Of a stretch of 64,000 nucleotides of DNA, positions 1 to 10,462 are shown in pieces. Under the pieces are notes generated by a model, which worked only from the letters and a program-made list of their open reading frames with translations, did no database searches and was not told the origin of the DNA. The number at the start of each line of letters is the position of its first letter. The stretch's first letter is position 1. This stretch comes from Podarcis muralis (Eukaryota): NCBI RefSeq assembly GCF_964188315.1, contig NC_135668.1, positions 24,304,001-24,368,000 of the forward strand, in the 5' to 3' direction. A program made the position numbers and the translations under genes.

Positions 1-2312
1 TCCACAAAAGGCTCCAGCATGGGGGGGGGGACACAGAAGGAGTCTGCCCCCCCCCTCTTTTTTAAAAATGGTCACAGTGTTTTGCTGGTGTTTGGAAGCC
101 ATTTAGCAATCATGATAATGACGCATTGAAAACATCACCTCTCGTGCAGCAGAGGCCAATGTGCTTTACACAAACTAATTTCTTTGAATTATCCTTGAGA
201 TAATTCTGTTGGCTTCTTCGTGGCAGGAAGAAAGGATCGTGAAAATCAATTAACAGGAGAAAGAAATGGGAGTTTTCAGTCAAATGGAGACAGGGACAAT
301 AAGAGCACATTCTCCCTTGGAACTCGTGGACACGAGATAGAGTGCTTGAGTTTTGGTTTTGATGCTGGTATATATACATCATCACCAAGTATAAGGGCTG
401 AACTACATATTCTGTGGTTATTTGCATCTCAAAACCAAACATATAAGAAGTGTTTTACATACCAAAACAAACAATTAACCCCTCTTTCCACAAACATTTA
501 AAAAGCCATGGGATGTTAATCAGCTGAACTCCTAGTTGAAGAGAAACATTTTTGCCTGGTAAGCACCAGATGAGCCTCCCTGGAAAGAGTATTTCACAAA
601 CGAGGAGCCACCACATAAAAGGCCTGTTCGTGTGTTGCCACCCTCTGGGTCTCTTGTGGAGGAGGCACACGAAGAAGGACCTCAAATTATGATGGCAAGG
701 TTCTGAAATTTATCTGCAGCAAGGAGTTGCACACAATAGTGTTCAAAATGGTATTGTCATCCATTTGGTAGTCACACCATGCATTGAAGTGAAGAACTTT
801 GTGGCACTGAAGCAATTTCTAGGGATGGAATTTTCTGAAAATCTCCATTTTTAATTGTTAATCAGCTTCTTCCATTTTGATATCAATTAGTTCCACTAAA
901 AGTGCCATCAACTCACATATTATATTAACCCTCAAGGCTTATCCTCATAGATTTTTTTAAAACCACATTTCATATGCATTATTATATGCATAAATATTTT
1001 ATATGATCCTGAGGAGGTCCTCACTAAAATCAACTAGCCTGATGATAGCTGCTGGTGGTGACCAATATAGTTTTTGTGAAGGTGATTGGCTTTAGAAGGG
1101 GAAAAGTGCAGCAAAAATAGAACAGATTCAGTGGAAGGAACAAAACAACAACCACACTCTTGGCCCTGTAACACAATATTTTAACGAGCCTAGTTATCAA
1201 AGTACCCCAAAAAGGAGGAAGGATCAAAACCGAGATGGTTGCAAGAGCTCTTGACAGCTATTGTTGAACTTCAGAGAGACCAGGTTTCTTTTTCCAGAAT
1301 GTAAAATCTATATTATGTCTGTGAAAGCGAAGAAAAGCATTTTAGCAAACTACCAAAAAAAGAAATTCACCCATCAGAGAAGCTGAACAGATTCCCTCCG
1401 CTTGGAGGTCAAGGAAGCAATGCTATTAGCACCTGGGTGATGGACACAGCACTGCTGTATTGCTTGTGGGGATTTCGTTCAGAGGGGAGAAAGGAGCCAA
1501 ATGAATTCTCAAGCCTGAAATATGGTGGGACCTTGGTAGCACATCAAGGATCAAAGCAACGGGAAGAGCTGAGAGCAACAAAACCTTCAGGTGCCCATGA
1601 GATTTTCAATCTCCAAGGCTTTGCTCAGACGACTGTGTTGTGTATCACCTATCAAGCATTTTTTCTTTAATGATGCAAAGGTGATGTATATCTTTTAAAT
1701 GTGGCTGCTGCCACAGTATCCTGTGAGGTAGAACTGGTTCATGCAAGTACATGTACGTTCACCACTTAACTTCACTACACTTCAATGGTACAGCTGAATG
1801 GCATACACTGAAAATTGTTGTGTTTGAGGTGTGTGGCCATTAGAGTCTGGGGTTGAGGGGTTCCTGGCCAAGGAAGACTGGGGAAGCTCAAACCTGGGTG
1901 ACAAATATGGCTCTTTGCATCCTCCTTGCTTTCTTTTGCCCTGATGGAATGTCTTTGAAATCTGAGATTGCTTCTTGCTTCCCTGAATGGAGGAGATATA
2001 GGGCTCTCTCTCTGTGTAGAAACTAGCCTCCAGAACAAAGGCAAAATTAGCATTTATGCTCCGCCTACTTTTGCTTCTGGCCCTGCCTACCACAATCATA
2101 TAACCCCTGGAAAGTTTTCCCAAAGGGAATGTGACCTGTTTACATCAGAATTCTCTGACATTGCTAGTCAGGAGCAAACTCTCAGAAGCAGAAACCAAGT
2201 CCCAAAGGCAACATTAAAAGTGGCCATTTATCTATTCCCCCAAATGTAGAAATGCATGGCCACTTATTTATTCCAGCCTGCAAAGTAGACCATATGAACC
2301 AGATCATAATGC

Positions 2313-2510
2313 CCAGTATTAGAGGAAAGGTGGTTAAGAGGTGACATGACAGAAGTGTGTAAAATTATAAATAGCATAGAGAAAGTGGATAGAGAAACGT
2401 TTTTCTTCCTCTCACAACGTTTTTCTTCCTCTCACAAGGCTAGAACCAATGGACAGCCCAAAAAGCTGAATGTTGGAAGATTTGGGACACATAATAGGAA
2501 GTATTTCTAC
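2313..2510 (+). mobile_element. CR1 LINE 3' fragment (RT C-terminus)
   Basis: ORF 2346-2528 begins MTEVCKIINSIEKVDRETFFFLS, matching the CR1 ORF2 C-terminal pattern (GDMIEVYKI..GIEKVD..FFSLS..TRGH..KL...RFRT). It contains a 20-bp tandem duplication (aacgtttttcttcctctcac x2). Confidence 0.8.
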
Positions 2511-2798
2511 ATATTGTGCTTTTTATAATATGACGTTTTAATGATTTATTGTACACCTGCATGGTCTTTTTTATGGGTTGATGGTTTATAAACATTCTTT
2601 ACCAATAGATAAATAAATAAGTTGAAGTTAAAATGGGGTGGGGGTGGGATGAGAATCTAAAAGAAGCTGAAACTGATAGATTTATCTATCCCTACTCATG
2701 GGTGAGGCCACGTATGTAATAAAATGAATGTGGAAAGAGAAATTTGACTCCCTCCTCTCTTATAACACTAGGACTTGTGGACATCACATGCAGGTGAA

Positions 2799-2799
2799 T

Positions 2800-2852
<53 letters not shown>

Positions 2853-3119
2853 TTATTATTTATACCCCGCCCATCTGGCTGGGCTTCCCCAGCCACTCTG
2901 GGCGGCTTCCAAAAGAATATTAAAATACTATAATACATCAAACATTAAAAGCTTCCCGAAACAGGGCTGCCTTCAGATGTCTTCTAAAAGCCTGGTAGTT
3001 GTTGTTCTCTTTGACATCTGGTGGGAGGGTGTTCCACAGGGAAGGCGCCACTACCGAGAAGGCCCTCTGCCTGGTTCTCTGTAACTTGGCTTCTCGCAGT
3101 GAGGGAACCGCCAGAAGAC
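2799..3119 (-). mobile_element. L2 LINE 3' end with (ATT)n tail, nested in CR1
   Basis: Minus-strand translation RQRAFSVVAPSLWNTLPPDVKENNNYQAFRRHLKAALFREAFNV* is the L2 ORF2 C-terminus. The (AAT)n tail lies at about 2799-2852. Confidence 0.88.
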
Positions 3120-3690
3120 TCAGGACAGAGAAAACAAAATACTTTTCCTTGCAGTGCAGAGTTGAGCTATGGAATTCAAGTCTACAGCAGGCAGTGATGG
3201 CCACCATCTTGGATGGCTTTAAAAGAGGATTAGACAAATTCATGGAGGATAAGGCTATTGATGGCAACCAGTCATGATGGAGGCACTGCTCTGCCTCCAC
3301 AGTCTGAGTCAATAATGCTTCTGAATACCAGTTGCCGTAAAGACTCTCCTCCTGCAAGAGAGGGGAGTGGTTGTGGTCGGGATCCGTACTCCGCCTCAAG
3401 CAGGGGGCGTTAGCCCCCTGCCTCCCACTCACCTGGCTGGCGCCCACACCCACGGGCAGGCACCCAACCAGGTGCCTGAGAGGGGGCGTGTTTAGCAGCC
3501 TAAATTGCTGTGGCACCAGCCTTCCGGCCTCACTTTTCGTCGTCCCGTCGCGAGTCATCAGCTAGGAGTCATCACAGGGAAGAGCCTGTCCGATTGCGTG
3601 GCTGGTCTGGGTGACTGAGTGGGTTTGCCTTACATTTTAATTTGTTGGCCAGGGTGCTTGTGCTTCCCCCCCCCTCCATTGTCCTTGAGA

Positions 3691-3741
3691 GCCTGGATAG
3701 CTCAGTTGGTTAGAGCATGGTGCTGATAATGCCAAGGTTGC
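3691..3741 (+). mobile_element. 5' part of a tRNA-Ile-like sequence (SINE head or tRNA fragment; not a tRNA gene)
   Basis: GCCTGGATAGCTCAGTTGGTTAGAGCATGGTGCTGATAATGCCAAGGTTGC matches 44/51 positions of vertebrate tRNA-Ile(AAT) as I recall it. The A-box is present; the B-box/T-loop and 3' acceptor strand are missing. Confidence 0.75.
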
Positions 3742-3955
3742 CGTAAAGTGCAGTAGGAGAAGAGTCCTCAGGTGCTTGAGTCCTGCTTGTGGGTTTCTGG
3801 CTGGCCACTGTGAGAGCAGAATGCTGAATGATATGGGTCATTGGCCTGATCTCCAGGACTATTCTTATGTTCTTAAGCATTGCAATGGGTGGGATATGTG
3901 TATTATATTGGGGCAACACCTATATTTAATTCTGCACACATTGCATGCTCTATAA

Positions 3956-4093
3956 CAGGGGCAGCAAATATAGTGCTTTTCAGATGTTGCTGGCCTGCAA
4001 CTCCCATCATCTCTAACCATTGGCTGTGCTGGCAGGGGCTAATGGGAACTGATATGCAACAACATCTGTAGGGCAGCATTTTGCCTAAGTCTG
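3956..4093. mobile_element. ~140-bp hAT-type MITE (degenerate)
   Basis: CAGGGG start and internal quasi-palindrome (cagatgttgct..caactcccatc..gggaactg..caacatctg). A better-preserved copy is at 58919-59057. Confidence 0.6.
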
Positions 4094-5511
4094 ATTTAAA
4101 GAATGGAGAGAAGCCAGGGGAACACAAAAGGAAAAATGGGGTGAAACAATAAAAGTGGGGTCATTTGTGCTCATTGATACTACATGTCAAAAAAGTTAGA
4201 AGAATCTGAAAACATACAAGTCATCTTTCAACAGAACACAGCTCAAATGTATCACCTTTGAATGATTTTCCACACTTGAACATCATCAAGAACAAGTTGC
4301 TTCCTAAGATGATATTTATGTTTGCTCTCACACCCTCTGTCTACTCCCACCAACAGATTCACTTCAGATAATTGCACTGGAAGCAATTCACAAAAATCAC
4401 GAAAGCGTTTTTGTAATGGTAACATCCACCCGTAGAGTGTGGGCCATTAGTGCTCAAGAATGCTTGAAGTTTTCAATGCACTTCAAGAAGAAGATGGGGG
4501 GGGGGCACTAATCGAAGGCTGCAACAAAAGCTTAGAGGGCCAATATTCCATGCAATTAGGCCATCTCTGCCAAATGGGACAATTCAGAGCACAGCATCTT
4601 TGAAGCATCATGTTCCTCCTCCATCATGTTCAAAAGAAGGAAGAGATGGGTCTTTCATGTTTATCTAATACGAACTGAAAAGCATGTGAACGTTGATGCA
4701 TGACCTATAGAAAATCACTTCTGTCTCCTGCAGAAGGCATCTTGTGGTCATTTTGGGGCCTTGATGCCAAACACCACCTTTCGATAGTAAGTTAAATCAT
4801 AATTTATTTATTTCTTGTTAAGGGACATGGGTTGGAAGAACTTAAAAAAGAAGTCAGACATCTAAAATGATCTTCCTTTTGTGACATTTCCTTTAAAATC
4901 TATGGGTTTCAAGCTTACTTTAAAAAAATAAAATAAAGCAAAGGTCTTTGCTACCTGAAACTAAATTGAATATAATTGGATACCTGTATGTCAAAGCACT
5001 CTGGCACATAAAGGTAAGGATCTGCACATCAATAGATGGCAATTGGGTCAGAAGATAACCTATAGTGGATATATAGATGAGACATCTTCTTAAGCTTCTT
5101 CTGAAAAACCAAGGAAATACCTTGTTACACACACAGGTGAAGTGGATGTGTCTTATTAAGCGGGTGTTTATAATGCTGTACATCGCAATGGAGCTGCAAG
5201 CCTAAAATAGTCTTCCATCAAAAAAGGAAACCTAAGAGATTGAAATATCTCTCTTCAAAACTCAACATTGTGATGAATTTGAGAATATGTTCTAAACCCC
5301 ATCAGTAGTAAGTAGTATAGTGGTCCTGTTCCTCCTTGCAAAAGATATGTTCTTTTTCTGCCTCTATGGCAGAAGAAGGAGAACTTAGCAATCTTTTTTT
5401 TCAAGACAGACAGCAAGGTGTGTGTGTGTTCACCTTTGACATTGAATGAGATGGCCAAGGGCTTTTTTCATTTTGTTTCCAACACTGCAAAAAACCAAAC
5501 CAACCTCCCAG

Positions 5512-5695
5512 TAGGAAGTTGCCTTAGACTGAGTCAGACCATTGATCTATCGAGCCCGGTATTATCCACATTGATTAGCAGTGGCTCTCCAGGATTTCAG
5601 ACTGTAGTCTCTCCCAGCCCAACCTGGAGAAGCTGAGAGGTCACACCTAGGACTTTCTGCATTCATATAGATGCTCTGTCCTACCACTGAGCCCT
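5512..5695 (-). mobile_element. tRNA-Ala-derived squamate SINE
   Basis: Reverse complement of the head (gctcagtggtag..agcatct..atgcagaaagtcctaggt) plus body (ctggagagccactg..atagatcaatggtctgactcagt..aggcaacttcct). Same family as 29372-29563. Confidence 0.7.
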
Positions 5696-6207
5696 TCTCC
5701 TTCACATCCTGCTCCTTTGTCAACATTTCCTTTTTAAGAAAGTGAGGTTCTCTCCCACCCCAATTCATTTCCCTTTGAATCCCAGTGGCCAAAAGAAATA
5801 TCATTTGAACATTCAACGGAGCATGGGTGTACATTAAATCATTGGTGCGGAATTTTTTAATCCGTATTACAACAACAAAATACCAGATAGCAGCAAGCCA
5901 AAAATATCCATCCTTGACTATCTTCAGCTATCCTGAAAGCATCAATGTATGGGACACAGACCTATTCACTTTCTTTTTTGGTTCTTTATGTCTTCCTCTT
6001 CTAGAAGCTCAGGCTAATTTATGGGAGGTTTCCTGGAGGTTCCCTGTCCAGGGAATGACCAGGACATTGCTGAAGCCCTTATTTCCCTGCTCAGAAACAC
6101 AAACGTTTGGGATTTGTATATGAAGTAAGCGTTATAATAAACCCATAATTCTTCTTTGATTCCAGTTAAAATCTTTTCCAGAGACAAATTCACCCCCTTC
6201 CATCCAC

Positions 6208-6270
6208 TCATAGAATCGTAGAATCGTAGAATTCGGAGGGACCCCAATCTCATCCAACCCCCTCAAATGC
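6208..6270 (-). mobile_element. CR1-type 3' tail with (ATTCTACG/ATTCTATG)n repeats
   Basis: tagaatcgtagaatcgtagaattcggagggacccc..tccaaccccct. Similar tails occur at 19648-19710 (-) and 45065-45120 (+). Confidence 0.7.
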
Positions 6271-7118
6271 AGCTTGCTTAATCCCTGACAGATGGCCAGC
6301 CCTCTAACCACTACATCACATTGGCTCTTAGAAAGTGCATTTAAAAAAATCCCAGGCCAAACAACGCCCTTTTTGGACCTCCTGAATTCTGCTTTCCAGT
6401 CCTTTTTAATTGCTCATTTGCTCACTCGCTTTCCTCCTCTCCCCCTGCCTGCCTGCGCTGCCCTATATAGATTTCCTAAATGCATGCAAATTTATCCAAG
6501 ATGTCTCATTTTGTTACCAATTCCCCCAAGTGCCCCCGTCCTAATCATTAACTAATTGTCTTGGTGGTCTATTGACAACTTGCCCACCTCTTTGCTAATT
6601 TCTGCTGACATGACGGAGGCCTTGAAGAAGCAAGTTAACCTTTCAGCGTCCATTGAAGATCCACAGGTTTGATGACGATTGATTGACCTGGCCTCTTGTG
6701 TTGGAATGAAACCTCATCAGCTTTCTGGGTGACTTGTGTAATGAGGCATTGTTAATTGACAACAGGTAGGCAAAGTGAGAAGTTGTCTTCTTCTGCATTC
6801 TTATGAAGAGGGGCAGTGAATTAGAGTTTCTGACATCTGAAGATGTTTAGTTCTCAGAGTGCTTGGTGTGGCCGTCTGGCCTTAGAGCAAGATTTTTTTT
6901 GGCTTTGATGCTGAAGTCCATAGTTCTGAAAAGCAATGCTTGGAAGGCAACATCATATTCAGGGTACGTTGATGCAGCAGTTTCACAGCAGTACCGAAAA
7001 GAAGAATGTGGCATTCTTAGCTGCAGAATCCAGTCTCCCCATTTTTCCTAGGTAGATGGGACACTGAAATTTGCAAGGCTTTCTAGGGCTAGGGTCCAGT
7101 TTTTCACTTTTTGAAATA

Positions 7119-7352
7119 CAGTGGTACCTCGGGTTACATACACTTCAGGTTACATACGCTTCAGGTTACAGACTCCGCTAACCCAGAAATAGTACCTTGG
7201 GTTAAGAACTTTGCTTCAGGATGAGAACAGAAATTGTGCTGCGGTGGCAGTGGGAGCCCCCATTAGCTAAAGTGGTGCTTCAGATTAAAAACAGTTTCAG
7301 GTTGAGAACGGACCTCTGGAATGAATTAAGTACTTAACCCGAGGTACCACTG
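7119..7352. mobile_element. Tc1/mariner (Tigger/pogo-like) MITE
   Basis: Terminal inverted repeats (TIRs) CAGTGGTACCTCGGGTTA / TAACCCGAGGTACCACTG, flanked by TA at 7117-7118 and 7353-7354. Confidence 0.92.
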
Positions 7353-7659
7353 TATGGCAACCCTATCTTGGTCAGAGCCTCTGTATACAGCCAAATGGAA
7401 TGGTAAGGAGGTAGTAGGGTGCTGGGGTGGGGGGTAGCATACTTGAATGCTCTCCTACATGAAAAATATCCCGTGAACAGAAATCTAGCACAGCACATAT
7501 GAAGCTTTTAGTCCAGCCCTTTGCCTGTTCAGCTTATGTTTGATTTGTTGTAAGATGAGACCATAACGAAGCGTTCCAAAACATGCGTCTCCCACATGCA
7601 CTCTGAAATGGTGCAGCCCGTTCTAGCACATATTGCTGCATAGGTAGACAAGGGTCCTA

Positions 7660-8300
7660 TCTATTTAAGGCAGTATCATACCATTTTAATGAGTCATGCC
7701 TTCCCCCAAGGAATCTTGGGAACTGTAGTTTGTTAAGTGTGCTGAGAGTTGTTAGGAGAACCCCCTATTCCTTGCATTCCCTGGGAATAGAGGTTGATTG
7801 CTAAACCACTCTGAGAATGGTAGCTCCATGAAGGAAACAGGGGTCTCCTAACAACTCTCTGAGGGACACGGGTGGCGCTGTGGGTAAAAGCCTCAGCGCC
7901 TAGGGCTTGCCAATCGAAAGGTCGGCGGTTCGAATCCCCGCGGCGGAGTGCGCTCCCGTCGCTCGGTCCCAGCGCCTGCCAACCTAGCAGTTCGAAAGCA
8001 CCCCCAGGTGCAAGTAGATAAATAGGGACCGCTTACTGGCGGGAAGGTAAACGGCGTTTCCGTGTGCTGCGCTGGATCGCCAGATGCAGCTTTGTCACGC
8101 TGGCCACGTGACCCGGAAGTGTCTCTGGACAGCGCTGGCCCCCGGCCTCTTGAGTGAGATGGGCGCACAACCCTAGAGTCTGTCAAGACTGGCCCGTACG
8201 GGCAGGGGTACCTTTACCTTTACCTTTAACAACTCTCTGCACCCCTAATGAACTACAGCTCCTGGGATTATCATGGTATGACACTGCTTATAAGTGTATA
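7660..8300. mobile_element. Palindromic MITE-like element hosting a Sauria SINE
   Basis: Left arm gggaactgtagtttgttaagtgtgctgagagttgttaggag pairs with right arm ctcctaacaactctctg[SINE]cacccctaatgaactacagctcc. Confidence 0.7.
7862..8226 (+). mobile_element. Full-length Sauria SINE with 13-bp TSD
   Basis: tRNA-like head (gggacacgggtggcgctgtgg..ggttcgaatccc), characteristic body and (ACCTTT)n tail. TSD TAACAACTCTCTG at 7849-7861 and 8227-8239. Confidence 0.95.
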
Positions 8301-10020
8301 GTGCAGGTGGTTGGTTGGCCAGGGGTGGCAAATCTAATTAGGCCCACAAGGCCTCCCCATTTGTCCCACCAGGCCATTGTGGCCAAGGGTAGGGGAGCAG
8401 ATAAAAAGGTGACCAGGCAAAAAGGAGTGTCTGAAGTGCTGCCGATCAGCTGATCAGTTGACACCTCAGAAGCGCCTCATGCAGTGCTTTCCGCAGTCAC
8501 TCTAAGCAGGAATTCATTGACAGGAATTCAAGGAGCTCAGGGCTCTTTGCAAATCCCACCGGTCAGAAGCCCTTCAGAACACCATGCAGGGTTGATTGCC
8601 AGGTGTTCAAAACACTGCCTCACGCGATGTCATTGTGATGTCAGGTATCATTGTGAGGTCAGGAGATTTGGCCAGGGGGGTTAGGGGAGGTAGGGATCCT
8701 ACCTGCATGCTAGGTGAAAATGAAAATGGTTTTGATATTTTCCCTCACTTGGCCCAGAGACAAAACACTGCTCAGAATGAGGTGTCCAGCAAGCCCAATG
8801 GGGTCTGGCTTTGTTAAGGCTCATGAGAGCTAGCCTAATACATTTCAGTAGCCTTACCAAAACACCCTTTGCTTCTCTCAAAATTACTCCATATATCCCA
8901 ACCTCCCACCCCACCACCATGAGGATGGAAATCCAAATTTGCTTCAGGCAAAATACCTGTAGGAATTCTTAAGCTTTGATAAATTCATCAAACTTTTTCT
9001 GAGATGAGGGAGGCATTCACACACTTCTGAATTTTGAACTGAAGCTGGCTTTGGGGTTGTGGTAATAGTAAAACAGATTTATGGTCCAGAAGAGGAAGAA
9101 GAAAAAAGCTCTACTGGGAGCCAAAGATATCAGAAGAGAAGCTTGAATGAATTATGTTTTTAAAATGAAAAATAAATAAATAAGGGCACCCTTTGAAATC
9201 TTCACTCCTCAGAATGATGTTGAACGTTTAAAGAAAAAGAAAGAAAGGAAAAGATTCGACATGAATCTTCTCTGCATGTAAATTTGGTCTTTTCTTCTTC
9301 TTCCTTAACAGTGCTTGATGCCTTCTTGATTTATAACTTCTCCACCTAAATAATTAATAGTTTCCTGTCTTGAAATGGCTGCCAATTTGATGTTCAGCTG
9401 TATGCTATTTAACTTTGTAATTAATCTTTCCAACAAGTGAGGTTCATTTTTCCATATCAAAGTATATCTGGTACATATATTAGCAACCATAGAAAAAAAA
9501 ATCTTTCTTCTCAAAGCCGCCTGGAATGTTCAAGATGGGGGCAGTCAGAAACTATGAATGAAAGGACAAGTGAATGAACGTTATTACAAAAAAAAACAAC
9601 CTGCCACTTTCTCTCTGCAGCTCATTGTCTTGTAATGCGGCAAATATGTGAATCGCTGGTGAGATAAAAAGTGCCTGGAGGGGGGAAGGAATTGCTCTCT
9701 GTGTGTGAAATGGCAAGTGAGAGTTCACATCCACCTGGCAGATTACTTTCTGCCCATTTCATATCCCACCTTTCTTCTATTATGGTACTCAAGAGGGCTT
9801 TCATCAGGGTGGGGAGCTAATCTCCCTCACCTGTTTGTGGGCCAGGTTTGACAGCTGGGCAAAGTCAATCACTGGACACCACTGCACATTGAAATCAGTT
9901 GACTTGATTTTGCCCAGATATCTGATGGTTGGATCCCTGGGCCTTGGCTTGGTTAGCCCTGTGCACCACACATATCTTGGACTATCTCACACCTGATGTG
10001 GCATATGATACTGGGGTAGG

Positions 10021-10295
10021 GCATAAGAATAGAAGAGCCTGCTGAATCAGGCCAGTGACCCACCTAGTCCAGCATCCTCTTCTCACAATGGCCACCCAGA
10101 TGTCCATGGGAAACTCACAAACGGCCTTCAAGCACTTCAGTTTCCACAACTGGTATTCAGAATCATTACTGCCTCCAACTGTGGAGGCAGAGCATTGCCA
10201 TCATGGTTAGTAGCCATTGATCGCCCCCTCCATCTTGAATGTGCCAAATCCTCTTTTAAAGCCATCTAAGTTGGTGTCCATCACTGTTCCTGGAA
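10021..10295 (-). mobile_element. CR1 3' end
   Basis: aagagcctgctgaatcaggcc..tagtccagcatcct..tcctcttttaaagccatctaagttggtgtccatcactg is the reverse complement of the CR1 terminus seen at 3130-3330. Confidence 0.82.
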
Positions 10296-10409
10296 ACTCT
10301 GAGACTGGCGGTTGAGAGAATATTTCTCTTTTCTATTAGAATGCTTTCTTAAATAAGCAAATAAATATATTTTTGTTGATTCGTTGCCCTGGTTGAGACG
10401 GGGAAGGGG

Positions 10410-10462
10410 AAGGAGAAGGAGAAGGAGGAGGAGGAGGAGGAGGAGGAGGAGGAGGAGGAGAA
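10410..10462. repeat. (GGA/AGA)n microsatellite
   Basis: Directly visible purine trinucleotide run. Confidence 0.95.

Larger units (their letters stand above)
2720..3878 (+). mobile_element. CR1 3' end, interrupted twice (by L2 at 2799-3119 and by a 394-bp insert at 3343-3736)
   Basis: Segments 2720-2798, 3120-3342 and 3749-3878 join into one continuous CR1 terminus (..ctgaatgt|..tcaggacag..gcagtgatggccacc..ggctttaaaagaggattagacaaattcatggagg..cttatgttctt). Confidence 0.8.

Noticed and set aside
2728-3084. ORFs with poly-Ile or poly-Leu tracts (also 10281, 29806, 32498, 50799, 58756)
   Set aside because: The homopolymer tracts are translated (AAT/ATT/GGA/GAT)n microsatellites, and some of these ORFs also run through LINE fragments.
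3691-3741. tRNA-Ile gene
   Set aside because: The T-loop/B-box and 3' acceptor strand are absent, so it cannot fold as a tRNA. Treated as a SINE head or fragment.
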